Part shown: piece after piece, positions 56,457 through 64,000 of the stretch | Position numbering within the stretch: position 1 is the stretch's first letter | Layout of the letters: every line of letters starts with the position of its first letter | From: the human T2T-CHM13v2.0 reference genome, Homo sapiens | Length of the DNA stretch: 64,000 nucleotides | Reading direction: 5' to 3' (one strand) | NCBI RefSeq assembly: GCF_009914755.1 | Contig: NC_060935.1 | Notes under the pieces: generated by a model | The model's database searches: none | What the model saw: only the letters and a program-made list of their open reading frames with translations | Told to the model about the DNA's origin: nothing | Position numbers and translations under genes: made by a program

Positions 56457-59159
56457 AAAAATGCTTTTCTTTGCCTTCTAATTTAAGACACATAACATCT
56501 TTTAAAATGTGACAATTAGTGACAGATTAAAAAAATATATAGAATCCTATTTTGGAAAAAAAAATGTGAAGAAACATATTAGACATCCTTGGGAAACCTA
56601 GATAGTCTATGAACATCCTCCTCTTTGTGGCTGGTTGCCCCACTTGCAAGCAGAGGGTGTGGAAGCAAAGGAACAGCTCGGAAGTGCTCTTCCTACTAAC
56701 TCAAATGCATAACAGTCAATGGGCATATGTTCATTCAGGTTAAATTTCAGTGCTTTTCTTGGTATTTCCATTTCATAGGCAGAAAGCTTTCTATATTAGT
56801 GCTAGGATAGATTCTGGACTGGAGTCAGAAGATCTGGGTCTCATGGGAGGGTCTGCTGAGGCTAAAAGACCTGTGCCTATTTTCCTTATCTCTACACTGA
56901 AGGATTTGGATATGATCAACCTTTATGCTTACTCTATTTGTAAAACCTATTGTACTTCTAAGATTTATAGATGATTGTGTGTGATATTCTTGATTTTACC
57001 CTTAAAATTATATTGGGCAAAACCCAACATAATATGATAGATGCAAATATAATTTTGGTGTGGCTACAATTCCAGTCATTTCTCTCTTATTTTCCCTAAG
57101 TGACTGAGGAAATGTGATATAGCCTTAATAAATTTGTCATCTATTATAAAAAGTAAGTGTATGTTCATTAAGTATATCTAGCTATATATATGCCTCTCAA
57201 CTTATTATAGCTAACACTTATTTCTCTTCACACAGAACATTTGAATGTACGTTTATACACTATGGAGAATATCTGACAAATCTCACGGTGACTTTAAAAG
57301 GTACTGCATTCCATCTTGCTTTGGAAACAAACCATGTGGTTATTATGCCCACAGCTTGAAATGTCCCATCAACAGATCATTGTTGGTGACGGGGAATTCC
57401 AGGCTGTTGAGTGGGAGAGAAGAGACTGGGAGCGCTTTCATAATCAGTGGCTCCCTGGTTGCCATTAGAACTGTGGCTTGAAAGAATTCTTTGTTCTTTG
57501 TCCAGGCTTAGCAAGCACTCTGGGACATTTAGCGGCAGCTGGTAGGGGATCAGAGCTATAGAGTCATGGGATTCCAGCTCTGGACAGCACCTTAGGAGGC
57601 AGGGTAGTTAGGGGCACGGATTCTGAAGTTTGCTAGTTTGGGTTTGAATTCCAGCTCCACCCCTTACTAGCTATGTACTCTTGAACAAGTTGCTTATCCT
57701 TTCTATGACTTGTAAAAGGAATAATACTTCAGGCCTCACAGGGGAATTGTAAGGATGTGATAATATAGTGCTTTGCATAATAAGTACTGAACACTTTTAA
57801 GTCACTATTATTACAGACAACTCCCTCACTTTATAGAAAAGGAAGAGAAGCTCCAGGTGCCACGGTGAGTTAGTGGCAAGTCCAGTGCTGGGACCACTCC
57901 TGACTCCCCATCCTGCTTATAGCTAGTTCTAGTTCTTTGGAATCATCTGCCCTACCCCAGTAGCTCATTGAATCTGAAATGGAAGAAGATGAGAAGGTGG
58001 TGACTAAGCAGATACGTACATTGTAGCAGGCCATCTCTCCTGCGGTCCCTCTGCTGATTTTTCATTTCTAGACGTCTCTTGCACCAATGTCTCACTTACT
58101 AGTCTGTTATCACCCTCAGTATTTATAATCAAGACTATGTCAAAAGATGTATTGACTTTAAGTAGTCATTAGTAATTGCTAAATGCTCACAGTTTGATAA
58201 ACAGAGGTGTTTTTTTTTTTTGCTTTTTTTTAAGAAAACAATGATCATTGAATGAAATGGTATCATATGTCTGACTTCACCACCTCCTTTACCCCCACTG
58301 CAACCTCTGATATTTACCACAAGAATAAGCTACACCCTGCATGATGGCTAGCACCTCACTGCTTTATCACTGAATGAGTGCTACATGCTATTTCAGTGTC
58401 TGGGAGTGTGGAGCCTGACAATGATATCCCTTAGGTGAAGCCAAGTTTACTCAGATCTGTGCTCCAAGCTCCTCCTGCCCTGCCTGGTCTACCACTCCCG
58501 GGTCATTGCTTACCAATTCCATTTGGTGTACTTTTTGGTAATATTCAAGAAAAATGTCAATGGTCAGTGTCTTAAAAATAAAAAATCATCAGAAAATTAA
58601 TAACACAAAAGAATAAATTGGGTTCTCTAAATACCTGAAGTTGTTTATAAGCCTCCCTGCCATTGTAAATATTTTTTGATTCCCACTCTTAAGAATAGTA
58701 ACTGCCATTTATTGACACTATGTGTCTGGCACATTACTTGCTGGGGATCACCTCATCAGTAAGCAGTAGGGCCACCCACTGACTCTGCTGTGAAAGCCTG
58801 GGTTCCTGGGCTCAGCTCTAATTTGCCTTTGAAAAGTGAATGTCTGTCCATTGTCAAAGATTTAGTTCAAACTGTTTCTAATTTTTAAAAATTAGAAATA
58901 ATCCAGTATGGGATTGATTAAGTAATGATATATCTATTCATTGGAATAACATATAATATATAAAGGATGAGAATTAAAATCCGTTGACAGGAAAAAATAA
59001 AATTTTGTGAGTGAAAAAGTTTATAAATCAACACCACTAGTAAAATCCTATTTTTTTAGAAATCATTGCGCCCTACTCCCATATGTACAATATCTAGCTC
59101 TCTATCCAGAGAAAACGTCAGGAGGGACATAAAACAATATGCTTAACAATGGGAATGCT

Positions 59160-59531
59160 CTGTGTTATGTGCCCTCCAAATTCCTATGCTGAAGCCTTAA
59201 CCTTCAATGGGATGGTATTACCTTCAAGAAGTAATTAGGGTTAGTGCTGGAAGAGGACATTCCTGACTCATGAGGTCATGAGGGTGGGGGCCCCATGATG
59301 GGACTAGTGCACTTATAAGAAGAGAAACTGGAAATCTCAGTCCTCTCTCTCTGTACATGAAGGGATCATGAGAGCTCACAGCAAGATGGCGGCTGCCTAC
59401 AAGCCAGGAAAAGAGGCCTTGGGGTGAAACTTACCTTGCAGTACCTTGATCTTGAACTTCTTACCCTCCAAAACTGTGAGGAATACATTTCTGTTGTCTA
59501 AGCCACCTGGTCTATGGTACTTGGTTATAGC
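59160..59531 (+). mobile_element. MaLR LTR (MST/MLT1A-like)
   Basis: CCCTCCAAATTC.TATG.TGAAG, AACTGTGAG.AATA.ATTTCTGTTG..TAAGCCACC, ends GACTGATACA. Confidence 0.82.
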
Positions 59532-60184
59532 AGCTCCTGCAGACTGATACACTCCAGGTGGTGGGATTCTGGGTAAATTTTGCTTTTTAAAAAATACTTT
59601 GTTACTTTCTCTCTGTGCTGAAGGAGTAAAAAGTATTCTTATAATAGTAGCTCAACAATATATCCCCAAAAGCATACAAGATAAGGAACATCACATTTCT
59701 CAAACGTCTGCTCCTCAGGGAACTCTCTCTAGATCTTCCCAGGTACTTGCTTCTTGTTTTGTTTCATGGGCCTAACTTTTAGAGCTCATGTCTCACTATC
59801 TTGCAGGGCTTTTGGAGTCCCCTACTCATACACCTTCTCATACATGAGACTACACTGCTTGAAAACCACAATGGGCTCCATAAACACTTTTGCAATAGTG
59901 AAGAAGAAGAAAAAATAATGCCACACATGAATGCTCCTGAGATGCCTCTGCCTATTCTGGTGTGATTGAATTCTGTCCCCAGCAAAGGGAGGAATGGGGT
60001 GAATGTTGCTATGTTTCTCTTTGCCTCCATGGAAAGAAGTATTTGGAGTAACCAGCATCATGGAGACAACAGCCTTACTCCCCAAGAAACCAGAGTTGGG
60101 GGAGAAGAGGGATCTGCCTTCTCTGTGAAAGGCCCGGAGGCACTGAAAAGGAGCAGTTTCGGAAGAATGCTGGCCTTGGAATTA

Positions 60185-60263
60185 TCTACCCACCTATCTA
60201 TCCATCTGATCATCCATCCATCCATCCATCCTTTTATCCAATCTCCTATCTGTCCATCTGTCC
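60185..60263. repeat. Degenerate (CCAT)n tetranucleotide repeat
   Basis: Read directly from the sequence. Confidence 0.8.
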
Positions 60264-60722
60264 AGCTAGCCAACCCTCATTCACCAAATATTTATTGAGC
60301 ATTTGCTATGCACACTCACTAGGGATAAAGTGGTAAACAAAATGGACATCAGATCAATTCAGGCTGGTGTCCTAGCTCAGCCATTTAACTGTCACCTTGG
60401 GAAACTTGCTTGCTGTGTTTGAGCTGCTTTCTTTATCTGCACATTAGGGATTCTAATCTCTACAGTGAAAAAGGTTACAATAAATATTGTCCATATATGG
60501 ACATAACTTAGCACAGTAGCAAGACCACAGTAGGTGCACCACAAACAGTAGTTTTGGCAGTTCTCTATCTCCCCCAAAGACCCCTGCCTACCACCCTTCT
60601 GCTGCATAGGACAGCATTTCTGCATGATCTTCATACAAGGCAGCAACAAGGACCTGTGGGACGACGTTTGTCTGGGAGTGGAGATGAGGCCCAATGAGAG
60701 TCGGTGGCGTGTCTGAGGCTTA

Positions 60723-60872
<150 letters not shown>

Positions 60873-61389
60873 TCAAAATGAGTTGGTCAAAATGGTAACG
60901 GGAATTTGGAGTTCACACACTTCTGCTCTAGAGCCCCAGGGGAGGTTGTACACTTTCACGCTGGACATGTGATCATGATCATGGCTGTTGAGGGCAGGTA
61001 TGGGTTTGAGTCCCGGCTCTCCTGGTTGCTGAGCTGTGTGATTTGAGGCACATTATTCAACTTTGCAAGCCTCAGCTTCCTCACTTGTTAAAAGGGAGGG
61101 ATAATAATAGTACTCACCTCAGAAGGCTGTTGTGAGAATTAAATAATTCCTGTAAAGCAGGTAGCAGAGTGCTTGGCACATAGTAAGTCTTCTAAAGATT
61201 ATTATTTTATTATAGAACTTCTTTGATATCTACAAGTGTTCCAAATTAGAAATGTAATTTAAAAATTGGCATGGATTGTTTGTTTGTAATTAAGTTCTTT
61301 TTTTCTCAATAAGAAAACTTTCTTGTGTGTTTTCCTATTATTTTCATAGACTCCTTGGCATCCTGCCCTGTGCTTTTGTCTTTTACTAG

Positions 61390-61641
61390 GCATCCAGGAA
61401 AAACTGAGCGAGTTCTTGTGAAACTGAAGTACACTGAAGGTGTTTGCTATTTAAAGGTATCTTCTGGTGGATCGTCTTGGAAAACATGGACCCAAATCTT
61501 GCGAGAGCTATCAGTGAGTCTCCTCTCCTGCTCTGCATCTCTCAGGACTGTGTCCCAGCTCCAGAAGAATGAGCCTGCACAGCTTGGACTGTCACCTCTG
61601 GCAGGTTCCTGCTCTTTGATGAAGCCTCGTCATAATTACAG
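61390..61641 (+). ncRNA. Candidate exon of an antisense transcript within MMP20 intron 5
   Basis: Pyrimidine-rich acceptor CTTTTGTCTTTTACTAG| and strong donor CAG|GTGAGA bracket 252 bp of non-repetitive sequence. Confidence 0.4.
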
Positions 61642-63093
61642 GTGAGAGTCAGGGAAGGAATGAGGCACAGGGAAGGGAAAGGTTCAGGCCTCTGATAAGG
61701 GTCAGATGAGGTTTGAGGTCAGGGATGGAGTAGGGTTAGCATCAAGGCGAAGATCAGAGGCGGGGTGAGGCTTTGGGAGAATATCGAAGCTGGAAATTGG
61801 AGAGGGTCAGCAGCGGCAAGCGATCGGGTGGGTGATATGAATGCTCCCTTGTAACATAAACCCATGTTTTCACATTTTGTTCACCTGTGTCATAATAGCT
61901 GTGTCAAAATATGTGCTTTGCCTCCTGGCTGAGTGACAGTGGCCATCCGAAGGCAGTGACTTTCCAGGGCACAAGGACCTCCAAAGGCAAGTGTTTGAGC
62001 TCAGCCCTTCTCGGTGGCCCACAGGAATCGCTTCCCATTGGAACACTGCCACCAAGGTTCTGGAGCTGAGTTTGTGACATGGAGACATTCATGGCATTTT
62101 TCCTGTCCCTCAAGGGTCAGGCAGATCTGGTGCTTTCCCCCTCCTGGAAATGGATAGAGCTGGCTGAAAGCTTCTTGGGATGAAATTTGTCTTTTGTGCC
62201 TCAGGTGAAATCTGACTGATTTTGAATGGTGTGCCCATTTCTGGGCTTCCCACCCTCCAGATCCCCTGGGGCCAGATTCCTAGCACCCCAGGAAGCTGTT
62301 GGGGGATCTGGGTCTCTAGGCACTGAGAAGATGGGGAGAAGCTCTGATAATCAGAAGCCTAATAACCAGGTCTCCAGGGCTCAAAGGAAAAGCAATTTCC
62401 TAGATCTTTTTGCCTTTTATCCATTAAAGAAAAATTGTCAAGGTCTAAGGATGTTTCAAGATTCCTTCTGATGGATTAATTGGTTTGTTTTTCCCTTAAG
62501 GAAAATTGGATACAGAGTTTCTAATAATCCCTTATTACCTTTTGGAAGAATATTAATACTTGAGGTAACTTATCTTAGGATATCTTAGGATACTTACTGT
62601 CTTCAAACCTCAGCTGTCTCAGCTATCAAATGAGGAAAACACTTCACACCCCACAGGTTGGTTGTGAGGCTGGTGTAAGACTACACACATGAACCTGTTT
62701 TGTAAACTGCAGATTGGCTACATGACTGGGTGCAGAGTTATTTTAATCATGATTGCTATTTTTAGGGAGATAAGGTCACTTATCTGCAAATGGGTAAGCA
62801 CCACATATATGAACTATAAACTATATCCATCCTCTCCCAATGTGTAAATTCTAACCTGCACTCAAAGGAAAAACACAAACCGACAAATGACTATATTTTC
62901 TAAGGCTATCCAGGACTAATATGCTGTAAAGGAAAGATGCAAAATTTAATCACACATCACACACATATTTATAACTAGCAAATCAGCTCTTCACAAGAAG
63001 GCATAGTTGGGGCTATGGTTTCTAGATTGATCTTTACCAATGCAGATAAAATGCACTTTCTTTAATTCGGAGACTGAATGCCTGCCAATTTCA

Positions 63094-63375
<282 letters not shown>

Positions 63376-64000
63376 TTACAGTTAACCCATCTCCTTCTCC
63401 TAACTGGATTATTCAAAGGTTGGTAGGTTATTCTGGCACTTAGCTTTGGTGACTTTAATTCTTCCCCCCTTGGCTAGAAGGGGGTTGGGGGTGGGGGAGG
63501 ACAGAAATGCACATCAATCCATTTTATTCATCATCAGTGATGTTTGGTAGACTGATAAAGCAGAGCCTTGGAACAAATAGTGGCAATGCTATTTGGCAAT
63601 AATTCATAAATTTAGACCACAAATGCCTTAATAGTTCCCTGCTATTACAGCCTACACCTTTTGATCCACACGTTTCACACTGAAGATTTCCAGATGACCT
63701 GTATGATATTCTGGAAACTTTATTCCCATCCCCAACACACTTCTCAGGACAGTACTGATTCTCTTGGGTCATTTCTGAATGTAGCCCATTTCCAAGAATA
63801 AGTAAGAAATCATAAATACTAGGTTGTTGAAGGAAACGAGAGCAGTGCGTTGAGAAGGGGATGACTGGTTCTTCAGATAATATGCTATGAAACAGATCAG
63901 ACAAGTCTACAACACAATTTGGGGTGGATTTTTTTCCCTTATGTGATCCCTTTTGGATTTTTGGCTTACTTGTTTTTCCTAGCCAGCCCCCCTAGTTAAA

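Noticed and set aside
63480-63500. G-quadruplex GGGGGTTGGGGGTGGGGGAGG
   Set aside because: Only three G3+ tracts; at best a weak two-tier structure.

Overview
Primate, almost certainly human, genomic DNA. A perfect AluYa5 is present and the spliced exons translate to the human MMP20 sequence as I recall it. Positions ~31,030-64,000 carry the 3' half of MMP20 (enamelysin) on the minus strand: six coding exons (exons 5-10) with canonical GT-AG junctions that splice in frame. They encode the [11 protein letters not shown] zinc-binding motif, the Met-turn, the hinge and the hemopexin domain up to the terminal Cys-stop. Positions 1-31 kb are intergenic. From recalled gene order in the 11q22 MMP cluster they lie between MMP20 and the MMP7 promoter, but MMP7 itself is not visible here. 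This stretch is dense in ERV1 solo LTRs, a two-LTR MaLR (THE1) element, Alus, L1/L2 and DNA-transposon relics. Almost all supplied ORFs are repeat-derived or chance. I find no evidence of a new protein-coding system. The best leads are: repeat-free clusters of NF-kB/STAT/C/EBP/AP-1 motifs (candidate enhancers), a four-level nested transposon, a 65-bp templated copy of an LTR segment, a very young AluYa5, weak splice sites around exon 7, inverted Alus around exon 9, and a candidate antisense exon. Repeat subfamily names come from memory of consensus sequences, and repeat boundaries without TSDs are approximate.
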